Source of the DNA: Utricularia gibba
Taxonomy: Eukaryota > Plantae > Magnoliophyta
Length of the DNA stretch: 64,000 nt
Direction of reading: 5' to 3'
Assembly (NCBI GenBank): GCA_002189035.1
Contig: NEEC01000011.1
Span: 2,852,001-2,916,000, forward strand
Shown: in pieces, positions 11,993 to 26,033 of the stretch
Position numbering within the stretch: the stretch's first letter is position 1
How the letters are laid out: each line of letters starts with the position of its first letter
Translations under genes and position numbers: made by a program
The notes under the pieces: model-generated
Told to the model about the DNA's origin: nothing
What the model saw: the letters and a program-made list of their open reading frames with translations, nothing else
Database searches by the model: none

Positions 11993-14900
11993 TCATCTCC
12001 TCCATGAGGCGCCTCTGGCCACAGCGTTCACGCCCTACGTGAATCTTTGTAGCAGACGAAGTGAACGATCGTCGTGCCGTTCGGGTACACTGCAAAGACG
12101 CTGGTTCCGATCTTTTTCCGGCAAAGAGAACACATGCTGTCCCCAGTAATCTTCACAACACCTTTCCTTAGACCGTACAGTTCATTTTTCACCTGTCAAA
12201 GTTTTTGTAGCCATGAGCTGAAAACAACCACATTTGGAAAAGCTAAGTGCTTGTGGTGCAGGTACAGTAGCTAACATCCAAGCTGCATAATGGGGATCCC
12301 AGACATGCAAACTCGAGCAACCAACAAGAATCATCAAAGCGCAGGAGATGGCAAACCTGTATGTTTTCACTCTCTCTCAAGTTCTTTATCACCGAGAGGT
12401 TCCGATACGATTCACTGGATTTCCTCAGGAGGGGTTCAAGAAATGGAAGAAGATTCTGCATTACACCAAAAGTTAAAGCATGGAGGACACATCTGTGTGG
12501 CACTTGAGACAGCGAGCTTTTACCTTCAGCTTGGTTTCCTTGGGAAGCAGTCGCAAGGCTTGTGCTCCATTTATTCGGTCCCATCGTTTGCTCAGCAGAT
12601 CAAGGACCTTATCCAGCATGATGCTGGGAATCCCTTCCTCAGTAGCCTCCTCAGTTTCAGGATCACTCCTTTCATTGCCAGTGCCGTTTTGAATGAACCG
12701 GGACTCCTCAGCAACCTCAATTTCTGCAATTTTCTTACCCATCAGAGGCTTGCTTTTTGCAGCAGAAACGACCTTTTGAGTTCCTGAACTCCCGGTTGAA
12801 GCGATGTCTGTGATTCTTTTTTCCATGTTTTTCGTGTGCTTTAGAGGGTTCAAGTAAATTTGAAGCAGGCTGAGGTAGATGCTTCCAGACGACTTGGCTG
12901 ATTGCAGGCGGGCTGACTCGTAGACACGATCACAGTAGGCCAGTGCCATTTCAGGAACATTAAGCTGGAAAATAGTTGGAGGAGGATCAGGCCCCTTCTG
13001 ATTACAAACAACAGCATTTTATCAGAACCTTATGGATGTATATGGAGAGAGCAAGCTCGTGCTGGTTCATCCTCCCCAGTAGAATTGCGCGTTCTTCATA
13101 CAGTGCATCTCGTGGAAGACTGCTCAATGAAGCTTCTGGTTTGTACCTAGCAACGCTCTCCAAAGCAGACAGAAGTTTCTTCCTTGTAGGACAATACGTT
13201 TTCTCATCCCACTGCTGCTTAGAACGAAGGTCTGCATACCAATCAAGCACCTCTGAAAGATACAATTGTACCTGCCATTGGACATCACATGGACTAGTGC
13301 TTTATGAACTGAAGTTGCAGGGAATGGACAACTCTGGAGAAATGAAAACATACCATTTCATTCTGGAGATTTCCTGAGACACTGTTCTCATTCATTGAAA
13401 TCATGAGTTCCAAATACGTAGCTTGCATGTTTGCAGCATGTTGTTTCAGATACGAATTCACAATATCAGCAGGAATGTTTCCAGATAAGAAGAGATTGAT
13501 TGTTTCATTAGGACATTTTTCAAGAACCAGCGTTGAGAACTCCAGGACAAGCATTGGATCAGTTCCACAGAGAGGCTGAAAGACAAATAACTGCATGAAA
13601 CAGAAGGACACCAAGTCTATCAGACGTCTGTTAGTTATAGTGACAACTTACTTTGAGATAATCAATTATCATTTCAGGTTTGAATGTCTGGGCAAGCTCA
13701 GCTGGTGGGTTGCTTGAGATAGCCATTTCAACCAATTTGTGAAGAAGATTTAGTGCCTCACGATGCATACTGTTCCATCTGTAGAGTTCTATTAGACAAC
13801 GATTTTGGTTTTTCTCCTTCAGAAACTCCTCACATATTTTCACATCACAGTAGTTAAGACCCTTCAGCAGATCCAAAGCAGCTGAAGCTTGCCCTGTCAA
13901 CAGAAGAGCCTGAAGCAATGCTGTGTCAAGTATAGCTGCAGTATCCCGGGCAACTGAACTGATCGGTGGATTTGCACGTCCCTGCAAGTTTAAGAAGAGC
14001 ATCTGAAGAGTAAGTACATGAAGAAAAGTGAAAAGCACAAAACCGGTCCAGATTGCTCAGGATGATTTGTCATTCTCCTAAGAGAAACAGATAAGTTTAA
14101 TGCCAAGAAGTGTATATATAAATCACCTTGTTGAACTTTTTCAAGCGACTGCTTCCATAGGAAACAAATATATCAGAAACAACTTCCTCAGTTCCCTCTG
14201 CAGCAGCCTTATCAATGCTGCTGTGTCTTTTTTTCTGCAAAAAAATTGTGAGGGCCATGAGAGAATTATGGCTCGTTTTCCTTGACTCCTGATATTCATA
14301 CTCCTCTGAGTCAAATGCAGGAGGCACTGACGACTCCATGTCATCAGACATGGCAGACAAACCACGCGAAATAGTTGATGTATCTCCAGTCCCATCCTTG
14401 AATATCTCAGGCTCAGGTATGACAGATGACTTGGGAAGAACTATAGAAGGATACAAGGAAAGCACATAACCGATTTCCACTTGAGATGCAAGAAAATGCT
14501 CCATGGCTTGCTCGTAGCTTTGGTTTTCAAACAAATGATGAGCGTACCTGTGCACATGACAAATTCAGCATAGGTGATGGGCATGAACAAGCTACCCTAA
14601 ACATCACCACACAAGACTTGCATTATGTCATAGCTTCTAGAAGTGCGATAGAAATCCATTTCATTTCTTTCAACCCCAACAAATCAACAAAGATGATACT
14701 TGATTACCTAACATGAATTGACTGCTCTTTTGCAGCCCTAAGGTCTAAATCTTCTGGCGGGAGTAACTTGCATAATGACAGGGCTTCCTCAAAATTTCCT
14801 GAAGCTGTTAGCTGTATTATCTGGACAAGATTCAAAGATAAGTGACTGTGGGTAAAACATGTTCAGACACAAGAAAATTCAATCACATAACAAAGTTCAG

Positions 14901-16737
14901 AAAACAAACTCTGTGAAGAGCAATAACATAGCAAGGAAAAAAACAATATCATATCTTGATTCAATACATATTGGACTTCAACAGTTGAGGAAAATGTCAC
15001 ATCCAGATTGATCAATAGTAGACTACAGGATTTTCACTTATGAGAAATAAAAGTTTAGAACTCAAGAGGATCACTAACGGCATTATTGTGAACCTAAACT
15101 AACTAGTGAAGTAGCTATCCCTGGAAGAAGTACCTGTGCGCCTAAAGGAACAGAAAACAAGCCTGAGATTGATTTCTCAAGAGCTACAATAACAGCACAA
15201 GTGCTTTGAATGATGTGACGTGCATTGCGAAGAGCAACTGTTTGCACAAGTGGATAAGGATCACGAAGAGATCGAATCTGGAAATCCAAAAAAAAAAAAA
15301 ATGATATCCTAACCTAATATATCAGAGAGAAAAGACATCATGAAAGAAAAAGGTCAAAAAAAACAAAGGTACCTCAACATGCCTTGGCAAGAGACCTACT
15401 GCATATTGCTTGTGAATAACTACAGCCACAGGGGCTTCTGACCAGCAAATTCTGCCATCCTGAAGAAGCTTGCCATTTTGGTCCACGAACACTCCAATAT
15501 TATCCTATAAGAGATTCTCATCATTTTCATGGTAAAGAACATTAATTTGGTTAAATCATGTAGATGACATTCTTGTAAATCATGACCTGAGCATTAAAAA
15601 CAATTGTTTACTTTACAAGCAAAGGAAACAGCCAGCATTTTTAATTTCCAGTGTTTTAGCATCCATCAGGTCCGTCCGAAGAAGATTTCAAATTTTTCCC
15701 TTTTTCTTTCAAAGAGGTACTACTTATGAAACAGGTAGAATGCGTGATGCACTGTGACTTCTTAAACTCATTTATCAAGCAGCGATAACTGCTAAAAAGT
15801 GAAAACTGCTAATGACCTAAATTACATCCAAGGCTAACCTTAACATGTAACAAGATAGAAATATTACTTTCCCAAGCAGAAGCTGTCCAGACGGAAGAGA
15901 TAATACTAAAGGAGGGGCAGTCCTCCCCGAAGGAAAGACCTCAGACAAGGCGCCATTTGATGTGTTCAAAATTAAGTAATCCTTTCGTATCCCTAAACAT
16001 ATATTCTCACCACACCATGACATTGACTTGACTGTATCAGGAACACCAAGTTCCCTCACTTCCACAAACCCCCGCCCACCTGTAAAAGCAGTTGAGGTTA
16101 TCAGATATTTGTTTCTGGGGCATTAGAGACACACTACAGATTTCCCAAAGGAAAAAAAACAAACGCGAAATGGCAGGGAAAATGGGCATATCTGCATAAA
16201 ATCCCACCTTAGAAGTAGCAAAAAGACCGGAACTTTATAACCTGGAGTACTAAAAAGAGATGGATATGTACAAGAACATAACATGCAATCTTTACCCTCA
16301 TGTCTAAAAATGCAAATCCTCTTCTGCCGCGCGAAGCACAAAAGACCCCGCTTTTCGTCCCAGGAGTAGGCGTTTGCCCCTTTGGCCTTTGTAATCACTG
16401 CAAATGTCTCAAAATTAGGAAGCCTATGAAACGCGATGGACTCCGAGAGCGAGACAAGAAGATCCCTCGATTTGAGAACCTCCATCGTGAGCATAGGCTT
16501 TCTAGAGAAGCCATTGACTGCGCGCAGGAGAACGTACGGTTCTTTATTCAGATGTGAGTCTTCCGCATATAAATCGACTGTGGGCGAGATGGATCCGGCG
16601 GAGGATCCAGGGCCGTAGATTCTCAGGGAACCGTCGGAAACAGAAACTATAAGGGTGGAACCATAAGACGCGATCGCATCAATTCTCAAAGAAGTATCTT
16701 GGACAAGATGGAACAAATCATAGGCGCTGTGCACCAT
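11993..16737 (-). CDS. VPS39: Vacuolar sorting protein 39 / Vam6 (HOPS subunit), multi-exon
   Basis: Starts MVHSAYD (ATG 16737); CNH-domain exons (MSWCGENICLGIRKDY), YAHHLFEN..YEQAMEHF, LYEERAILLGRMNQHELALSIY, C-terminal MCSLCRKKIGTSVFAVYPNG.IVHFVC. As written the stop is at 12028-12030; one extra G extends it to 11993-11995. Confidence 0.95.
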
Positions 16738-18498
16738 CACTCAACTCCAGGCACCGTTCGTCACTCTCCTCTCCCAGCGAAAACAAAAAATGCCCTATCA
16801 GGAATTGCCGCGCTACTCACCTCTCCCCCGCTCATCCCCTGAAGCTTCAATGGAGAATCAGAGATGCCGAAATCACACAACTCGCAGAGAGGTACTATTT
16901 CTCTACCAAAAATTTGATTTTCCTTATGGAATAAACATATACATACCCAATCGCGATTTCATATCCAAAATCGCATCTTTTTTTATCTCCGTTCTCTTCC
17001 ATATCCCTTGAAACAAGATTCTCGTACCCTGTCTTCCTGATTTCCGAGTCTTGTATATTCTGAACGCCATTAGCCTTGTATCAACAACACACAAAAACAC
17101 GTGTTTTATATACTTTTTAATGTATTATAAATACATTTATTAAATATTTAATATTATTTTACAATTATAGATTCAATTTTAAATGAGAGTTAATTTAATT
17201 TGAATCCATGATTCATTGAGTAATGAATTGAATTAATTTATTTAATTTTTAATATTATAAATATAATTAAAAATTAATAAACCATTCTCGATCCAAAATA
17301 TATAGTACGTGTTCTATCATTTGAAATTTTATATAAATATAGTCAGTTTTGATATTATAAAAATGTTTTTTGAAATGTTGTAAATTTAATATATATGATA
17401 TAAATGTATTTTAAATTAAATAATGATTGAATGGTATATTTTAAAAATTAATCTATTATTTAATTTATAATTTTAATATTGAGAATTCGAATTTTTAAAA
17501 ATTAAATCAAATCAATTCAAAAAATTATGTATACAAGAATCATGTGCACAATTAATTAAATCGCCCCACAAATCCCAGTTGTTGCACGTTGCCTCCTCTT
17601 TTTAACCCCTTGGGTCGTTCCTTTGACGTTGACTTGGGTAATGCCACGTCATCATGAATTTCGTAATAAAAATATTGCGTTAATTAATAAGATAGGGTCA
17701 GGAGGAGAGGAGACGAGATACGGGAGGGCGGGATCCGACACGGCTGAAGTCATCCCTTCGGAGCACATCTTATATTTTACGTGATTAGGACACGCCAATG
17801 AGATATTTTTGAATAAAATAATGAATTATAATAATAATAAAACAGAGTGCGGGCCCCACTGGGATTGAGTTCAGTGGCTGGAGACAATACCAGCGCAGGC
17901 GCCCACAGAGACGGCGCTTAAATCCGGCTTCCGGTATGAGGTTTTCCACATTACCAGGAAGCGGAGTCGGGTCCCATCTGACGGCCGAGACTGTGGGCGG
18001 GTTCCGAACCGCCGGTTGACGCGGCCACGTGATGGCCACAAGTGTGGTGATCCCTTTTGGTTCACGTTGCCTCCTCCCCCACTGCCAACTTCTACCCTTC
18101 ACCTCCTTCTCTGTGTACTCACTCATCGCACAATTATTTTAATGCATGATTCATCTCTTGATTGGATTATCTCTTCGTGAATGATTGTTTGTGGTTGTGG
18201 GTTTTCCTGGGAATCGGAAAATTTTGAGACAATTTGTGCAGGGAATGAGGAGAGCTTGGGATGTCGGCAGGAGACGTGTTTGATGACAACTAAAGTGCAG
18301 CCTGAAAACTGCATGCTAATAATTCCCATTGATGCCGAACTAGGCAACCCGCCCCGTAATGCAGAACACAATACGACACGTCATGATCAGAACCCTATCA
18401 TTCCCCTATCTTGATCTGAGTGACTGAGTATATATCTGGACTCTGACTCGCTCTGGATTCTCGAGGATTTTCCATCTTTCTTTGCTCTTTCTCTAAGT

Positions 18499-19220
18499 AT
18501 GCGTGTGAGTTGCAATGGCTGCCGTGTGCTTCGAAAGGCCTGCAGTGAAAACTGCACCATTAGGCCTTGCTTGCAGTGGATCAGAAGCCCTGATTCTCAG
18601 GCCAACGCCACCGTCTTCCTCGCCAAATTCTATGGCCGCGCCGGCCTCACCAATCTTATCAATGCCGGCCCACCCCATCTCCGCCCAGGTGTGCCCCCCT
18701 CCCTTTCGTCTGGTTCGATTTGAAAGAGCTTTAGTTTTCATGCATAAATAATGTTTGTGTGTTTTGGGGACGCTGCAGCTATATTCAGGTCTCTGCTATA
18801 CGAAGCGTGTGGGCGGATCGTGAATCCGATCTACGGGTCGGTGGGTTTGTACGAGTCCGGGAGCTGGCAGGTTGTTCACGACGCGGCGGAGGCGGTGCTT
18901 AGAGGCGCGCCGATCCCGACAGACGGGGCGGGTTTGCGAAGGCGTGCGACATCCGACACGTTTGTAAGGAGGATAACTACCATGCCTTGAACCGGGTGCG
19001 GTCACGGCGCCGGTTCAAGCGGACCGCGAATTCCGCCCAAGTCTCGAGTCATTCGTCTTCTCCCATGAGCGATCACCACCACCACTACCATCACTCCGAC
19101 GCGGCGGAGACGGACATCAAACTACAAAGAGACATCCAGAGTTCGTCGGACCCAGCAGCCTTCTCCGACGGGGACTTGAGAAACGCAGAAATCCATCTGA
19201 ATCTAACTCTGGGGTTGTGA
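18499..19220 (+). CDS. Class II LOB-domain protein (LBD40/41/42-like); exons 18499-18688 and 18779-19220; one apparent frameshift at about 18925
   Basis: [68 protein letters not shown]; after one extra G the frame continues KACDIRHV...RRFKR...HLNLTLGL (EAR-type LxLxL). Confidence 0.9.
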
Positions 19221-20208
19221 CGCTCGAGTGGGCATGCTAATTCACCGGCCGGCTCCCCCCGCGGCGCTCCGAGAAGCGGCTTCATCCTGCTTCCTGGGAG
19301 TAAATTCAATGGCCGAGATCATCTCCTCACTGTTCTGTCAGACTTATCCTCTTCACTGTATTTCATTTTATATTTGGGTGTTCCAAAATGCCAAGTTCGG
19401 TTCGGTTCGGCCACTGACCGCAGCCACAGCTGACAGTTCCTGCGCTGGTTGACCATCCCTCATTTAACGCAGACACCAACTTCGTCACATCATTCTCTCA
19501 AAAACATTTATGACGACATTATTTAATTTTTTAACAAACATATTATCACGTAAACAAATTTTTAAATATCCCTCATTCGATTCCCACCAATGTTTCAATT
19601 AGGGCTTCAACCTTTCCCTTGTTGATATCTATTTGATTAAATTTAATAGAACTACAGTTAAATCAACAATTTAAGTTTCATTTATATGATACTATTCATG
19701 TTTTGCATTTAATTTTCACAATTTTAGGTTATTTATATTTTTTATCTATCTTCACAAAATCTCATTGTTTGTTTCATACGTAATCAATAAAGAATTTGAC
19801 TACGTTTACTCCCATAAGACCTTACATACAAATAGCTCGTGGAAACATTTATGATTTTTTAAAAATTTTAAAATATTGGATGTTCCAATATGATTTTAAA
19901 AAATATTTACTATAATGTGATAAAATTACTCACCCTATATATAATTTTTTGTGATCAGTGTGTAAGAGATAAATGGAATGCGGTATTTTTATAGATGATC
20001 GTGATGTTCCATCCAACCCACAAGAATCAAGTATTTGATTTTATTATTTTAAAATTATTTTTTTTAAAAAAATCACTTCTAATAAAATATAAATTACAAT
20101 GTGCTTATTTTTTAAATAATAATATCTTATTTTTGAAATATGAATGCATCACATTTATTAATTTTACAAGTAACATAATACGTAGGGCAAGCTTGGTTGC
20201 AGCGATTG

Positions 20209-21368
<1,160 letters not shown>

Positions 21369-22133
21369 TTATATTTGCATCGGCGGCTCAATAGTATTAA
21401 AAGGAAAACAAGCAGAAGTACGACCTGACAATACAGGCGAAAATGTCTGGAAACTTGGATTGATTACATTCATGTGACTGTAACTACCTATCGAAGTTCA
21501 GGACGGCAATGATAGAGCTTGCTAGTTCAAGTCGGGGACGGCAACATACGGTTTCCTGTGGGTAACTGAAACCTAACAGCAGTGCAATGTACATTTGTGC
21601 CCTCGTGGCTATGTTTGTGGAGGAAGCTCACCATTATCCGGTAATAGAATTGAAATTAAGGATTCTATGAGTCAGACTCATATGGTTATATGAAAAAATT
21701 TTAGTATATAAAAAACATAAATGATATTAAAAAAATTAAATGTAATTGATTATTAATAATTTATAATTTTTTATATATTTAAATATTTTAATTTTAAATC
21801 ACGATATGGAATTAATTGTAATAGAGTATCGTGTCAGAATTCCACCTGGGGCGTAAAAGCGAATGACTGGAAAGCTACTTCCGGGCTCCTGTATTGGGCC
21901 TATGTAACTTGGGCGAAGGCCCAAAAGTTTCAAATCCAATTGGATCATTTATTGTTTTATTTTTATAAAAAATAAATAAATAAGGAATTTTCCGAGGGGA
22001 ATCCGATTACTGTTGTGCTCGTTTGGAAATTGACAACTGGAGACCAGAGGCTCGTATGGCATTGGCATTACATCACCGGATCTCCATTTTGCTCCGTCGG
22101 CGCCAATCGTAGGGATTACGGCGTACTCGTCGC

Positions 22134-22990
22134 GTGATTCGCTCATCTCTCGCACGTGCAGCGGCTCCGTTCTTCGGTGGTGGTTTTCAAGGTCTCACCG
22201 TCTTGTCGAAGGCTGGGGACCACATCAGTAGCGGGTCTTTGTTTATGCGTGGGGCGGTTTTCTGGGAACCAAATGAACCTCATTTCTTGGAAGAGTTTCA
22301 TATGCCCTGGCCTAAAGTCAACGAAGTTCTCATCAGAAACAAAGGGTAATGATGTTGTTTTTATTCTAGTTTCTGGTGTTTTAACTTTGAAATTTATCGA
22401 TGGAAACCGAAGGTGGGCGGATGAAATTTTCGTGACATCATACGATTTCGTTAATGTTCCGTTTGTGGATGTTTATACTCCAAAAGTTGAATTTTCTCAC
22501 TTGAATAATCCTTCCGTAGCGTGTGGAGTTTGCCACTCGGATCTGTTGTGATCAAAGGGGAGTTTCCTTTTTCCAATCCTTGCATTGTTGGGCATGCGAT
22601 CACTAGTGAAGTGGTTGAACACGGGCCACTTTCTGATAGTGAAAATCATTGATAGGCTTGTTGATTTTTAAACCCTTGATTATATTCTTCCACATGGTGC
22701 AGAGGTCTGTTCTGGTGATCCCGTTTCTGTGATTGGCATCAAAGGTGGGGGACCAAGACAATAACTGATGATGATGGAGATGCTGGAATTGTTAAATTTT
22801 GTTTTGTCTTCTCTTGTTATTTCACTTATACGGTGATGGCTCTGCATTGACGTGGAAAACATTGTAGCCCCGCGATTGTTGAGCTTATGTGATGTACAAC
22901 CTCGATTCTTTATGGTATGATAACCTGGGACTGGTCTTTTATATGCACCGTTGGACTCAAGCAGTCAGTGTAGGATAAACATGAGAAGAA
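22134..22990 (+). pseudogene. Decayed zinc-binding alcohol dehydrogenase-like gene (resembles the Arabidopsis At5g63620/HER2 family)
   Basis: Fragments MRGAVFWEPNEPHFLEEFHMPWPKVNEVLI, ACGVCHSDL, (V)IKGEFPFSNPCIVGHAITSEVVEHGPLSD and AEVCSGDPVSVIGI lie in different frames with stops. The catalytic GHE motif reads GHA (22590-22598), and the exon(s) for the structural-zinc cysteines cannot be found. Confidence 0.75.
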
Positions 22991-23082
22991 CAAGACTGAC
23001 ATTTGGCCCATTTTTGCCGCGTAGTTCCGTAGGCTGGAATTGTGTATTCGTGGAACTCTCATGACTCTCAACACAATGAGAG

Positions 23083-23120
23083 AGCCACGTAGCAATTTGC
23101 CGCCCACGTGGCCATGCCAA
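23083..23120 (+). promoter_or_regulatory. ABRE/G-box pair (CCACGTAG, CCACGTGG) with adjacent CATGCC upstream of the vicilin gene
   Basis: GAGCCACGTAGC...GCCCACGTGGCCATGCC 80-120 bp upstream of the ATG; consistent with a seed-maturation promoter (inference). Confidence 0.45.
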
Positions 23121-23200
23121 TGCCACCCTGCATTGCTCCCCCCATAAGAGCACAAGATGAATGAAGATGGAGATTCAAGTGGATGAACTCCTGATTCACG

Positions 23201-25336
23201 ATGTTCAACTGTAAGAAGAAGAGCTCATTTTGTGTTCTAATCCCTTTCCTTCTTCTGTTTGTTTGTCATGTTTCTCCCGCCATTGGAGGAGTCAAGAATG
23301 AGGTTTCATGGAGGTTGGTAAAAAGGGAAGAAAGGAAGTCTCTTTTCACCAACGAATATGGAGAGATCTCTGCTGTTCAGCTCTCCGATAAAATCAGCGG
23401 CCCTGGCGTCCTCAACTTCTTCACCTTGGAACCCAACTCCTTGCTCCTTCCGCACATTCTGCATGCACCAATGGTGTTCTATGTCCAAACCGGTAATCAC
23501 TTTGGGTTGTTTGTTTAGCTTTATAACTCCGAATCTAATGTTACAAATGTATGCTAGGGAGTGGTAGGTTAAGCTGGACGAGCAGTGATCATGTCAAGAG
23601 CGTGGATCTACGCCCTGGAGACGTGTACACCTTGGAGGAGGGAACTGTTTTCTTCATTCACAGCAATTTGGAAACTTCCCAGAGAAACAAACTTCGAATC
23701 CAGGCCATTTTCTCCAACTATGGTTCCACGGTGAGTACCTTACATGATGACCAATCCTGTTGGTTCCACATCTTCCTCGTTGATGTGTACTATCCTTCTG
23801 TAGGAAGAAATATCAATGCAACCTTACACGAGCATCTCCGAGTCTGTTCTCGGGTTCGACCGGAAAGTTCTGCAAGCCGCTTTCAAGGTATGTATAGCAC
23901 ATTAGCATCAAGGATGAGCTTATATCATTTAGTATCACTCAAAGGTGCTTGCTGTATTTATGCCTTTATGCTTCGTGGGAGTGAAGTAGCCTTTCTGTTG
24001 CAAATGGCCAGGTTCCCGTCGAAGTAATTGATGGGCTGTTAGGCGGAGTCAGGCAGCCGGAGATAGTACACGGGACGACAAAGGAGGAGGAGACTAAGAA
24101 AAAGAGAACCTGGACAATGGTGGACAAGATTCGTCTTGTCCAAAGATTAGTAATGAAAAAGAACGCGAAAGCAAGTGAAAAGGCCTTCAATGTTTTGAAA
24201 GAGCAAAAAGATTTTGTGAATGAGAATGGATGGAGCACTACTGTTACCAAGAAGAAGCTCTCCACATTAAAAAGCTCAAACATCGGTGTGTTCATGGTCA
24301 ACTTGACAGCAGTAAGTTTTCACATGGTTGGATTATTTATCTTTTAGCCTTCTTATGAACATTGGATTGTGTGGTTGCCTACAGGGCTCGATGATGGGAC
24401 CGCACTGGAACCCGACGGCCGGCGAGATCGCGGTGGTGGCGGAGGGGCGGGGGATGGTGTCGTTGTGGGGTGGAAACAAAAGCATGAGATTTGAAGTTGG
24501 AGTAGGGGATGCGTTTGTTGTGCCAAGGTACCATCCCATGGTTCAAATTGCATTCAGCAACGAGACGTTGGTGTTGGTGGGATTCAGTTCTTCAGCTAAG
24601 AGGAACCATCCGCAGTTTATGGCGGGAGAGCATCGGTTTTGCGAACACTGGACAGGAATGTCGTTGCGAGATCGTATAACATGAACACGACGTTGGTGGA
24701 TCGGATTTTGGAGTCGCAGAATGAGTCAGTAATACTCAAGTGTGTGTCTTGTGCAGAGGAGGAATGGAGGGCTATGGAACAAGAAAGGAGGAGGGAGGAA
24801 GAGGAGGAGAGACGGAGGCGTGAGGAGGAGGAAGCAAAAAGGCAAGAAGAAGAGAGAAGAAGACACCAGGAGGAAGAGGAGGCTGAGGAAAGAGAGCGTG
24901 AAGAAGAAGAAGAAGCAAGAAAGCGGGAAGAAGAGAGAAGAAGGCATGAAGCAGAAGAGGAGGAGGCAAGAAGACAGCGGGAAGAGGAGGAAAGAAGGCG
25001 TGAGGCGGAAGAGGAAGCAAGAAGACAGGAAAAAGAGAGAAGGAGACGGGAAGAAGAAGAAGAAGAAGAAGAAGAAGAAGAAGAAGAAGCGAGAAGGCAG
25101 GAAGAGAAGAGGAGAAAATTTCAAAGGAGGAAGCCGAGAAAGCAAGAAAGCGAGAAGAGGAGAAAAGGAGGCGAGAGGAAGCTGAAAAGAGAGAACCTGA
25201 AGAGGAGGAAGGTGAAACAAGGGAGGAGGAACAAGCAGCAGAGCAAGAAAGAAAATGGGAGGAAGAAATGGGAAGGGAAGAGGAAGAAGCAAAGCGAATA
25301 GCCCCTGCTGTTATCAAGCTAAAGCAACAAGCCTGA
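23201..25336 (+). CDS. Vicilin-like (7S cupin) seed storage protein with a long Glu/Arg-rich C-terminal tail, 5 exons, two apparent 1-nt deletions
   Basis: Signal peptide; cupin motifs FFTLEPNSLLLPHILHAPMVFYVQTG and GSMMGPHWNPTAGEIAVV...FVVPRYHPMVQ; VILKCVSCAEEE then an E/R tail. One added base is needed at about 24628 (MAGE.SVLRTLDRN) and at 25115-25121 (ISKEEAEK...IKLKQQA*). Confidence 0.9.
25050..25088 (+). repeat. (GAA)13 coding microsatellite (poly-Glu) in the vicilin tail
   Basis: 13 perfect GAA units read directly from the sequence. Confidence 0.95.
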
Positions 25337-25586
25337 TCGTATAATGTGCTTTAGCCCAAACCATGAATAACATGTACCCTTTGACAACAAAAAACAAACA
25401 AATTCAGGTAGCAAACCAAAACAATGCATCTAACGTATGCCTTTGGTTTGACTATACAACAACTAGGCTAGAGGCTACATCTTCATCCTGCTTTTCAAAT
25501 ATTTAAGCAGTCATTTGTAGTTTTCCTTTTAATATCTGAACAAAAAACAAAGTCAACGGGATCACAGACAGACCTCTTCCGAGGCA

Positions 25587-26033
25587 ATGGCCGTTTTCCT
25601 CTTGCAGCTAATCCTCTCATTCATCGCAGTTGCTTTTAATCTGCTGACCCCACTCATCCTAATGGCTTCTGCTCACGCCATCGTTCAACTGACCAGAATC
25701 TCCAAAGCCGCCGAAAATGGCGGCGAGCGGGTGGTAGAACTTGTGAGGGATGCAGCGGGATCATGTCTGGAGTATCTGCTGGTGGCCGTATCCCAAGCCT
25801 CAAAGTTACTGGTTTCTTCCATTTATGATCTTGCAAGAAATGGGGCTTCGAGATCATGGACGGCAGTCATGGAGGCCGTGTCGGAATCCTCAGACACTGC
25901 GGGAACGCAGGCGCTGGGGCTGCACGAAGAGGTGATGCAAGCTGTGACGGAGATGGTTAGCAAAATTGTGACAGACTTTATTAATAACGGGAAGGCAGCT
26001 ATTTCCTATGTGAACCAGAATGTCTTCTCTTGA
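25587..26033 (+). CDS. Single-exon uncharacterised 148-aa protein with a hydrophobic N-terminus and amphipathic helices
   Basis: Clean ORF with good ATG context (GCAATGG), coding-like GC, AT-rich 3' flank with AATAAA; C-terminal MVSKIVTDFINNGKAAISYV recalls a conserved unannotated angiosperm family (from memory, unverified). Confidence 0.75.
   Translation: MAVFLLQLILSFIAVAFNLLTPLILMASAHAIVQLTRISKAAENGGERVVELVRDAAGSCLEYLLVAVSQASKLLVSSIYDLARNGASRSWTAVMEAVSESSDTAGTQALGLHEEVMQAVTEMVSKIVTDFINNGKAAISYVNQNVFS

Noticed and set aside
17600-18480. Search for the hypoxia-responsive element (HRPE) upstream of the LBD41-like gene
   Set aside because: No exact AAACCA(G/C)(G/C)(G/C)GC match was found; only a G-box at about 18026.
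21500-21580. Possible C/D snoRNA (ATGATAG...CTGA) upstream of GGPPS
   Set aside because: The C box does not match RUGAUGA, and no terminal stem or recognisable rRNA antisense element was found.
24726-25317. Antisense and alternative-frame ORFs rich in F/S/L or K/R over the vicilin tail
   Set aside because: By-products of the GAA/GAG low-complexity repeat.
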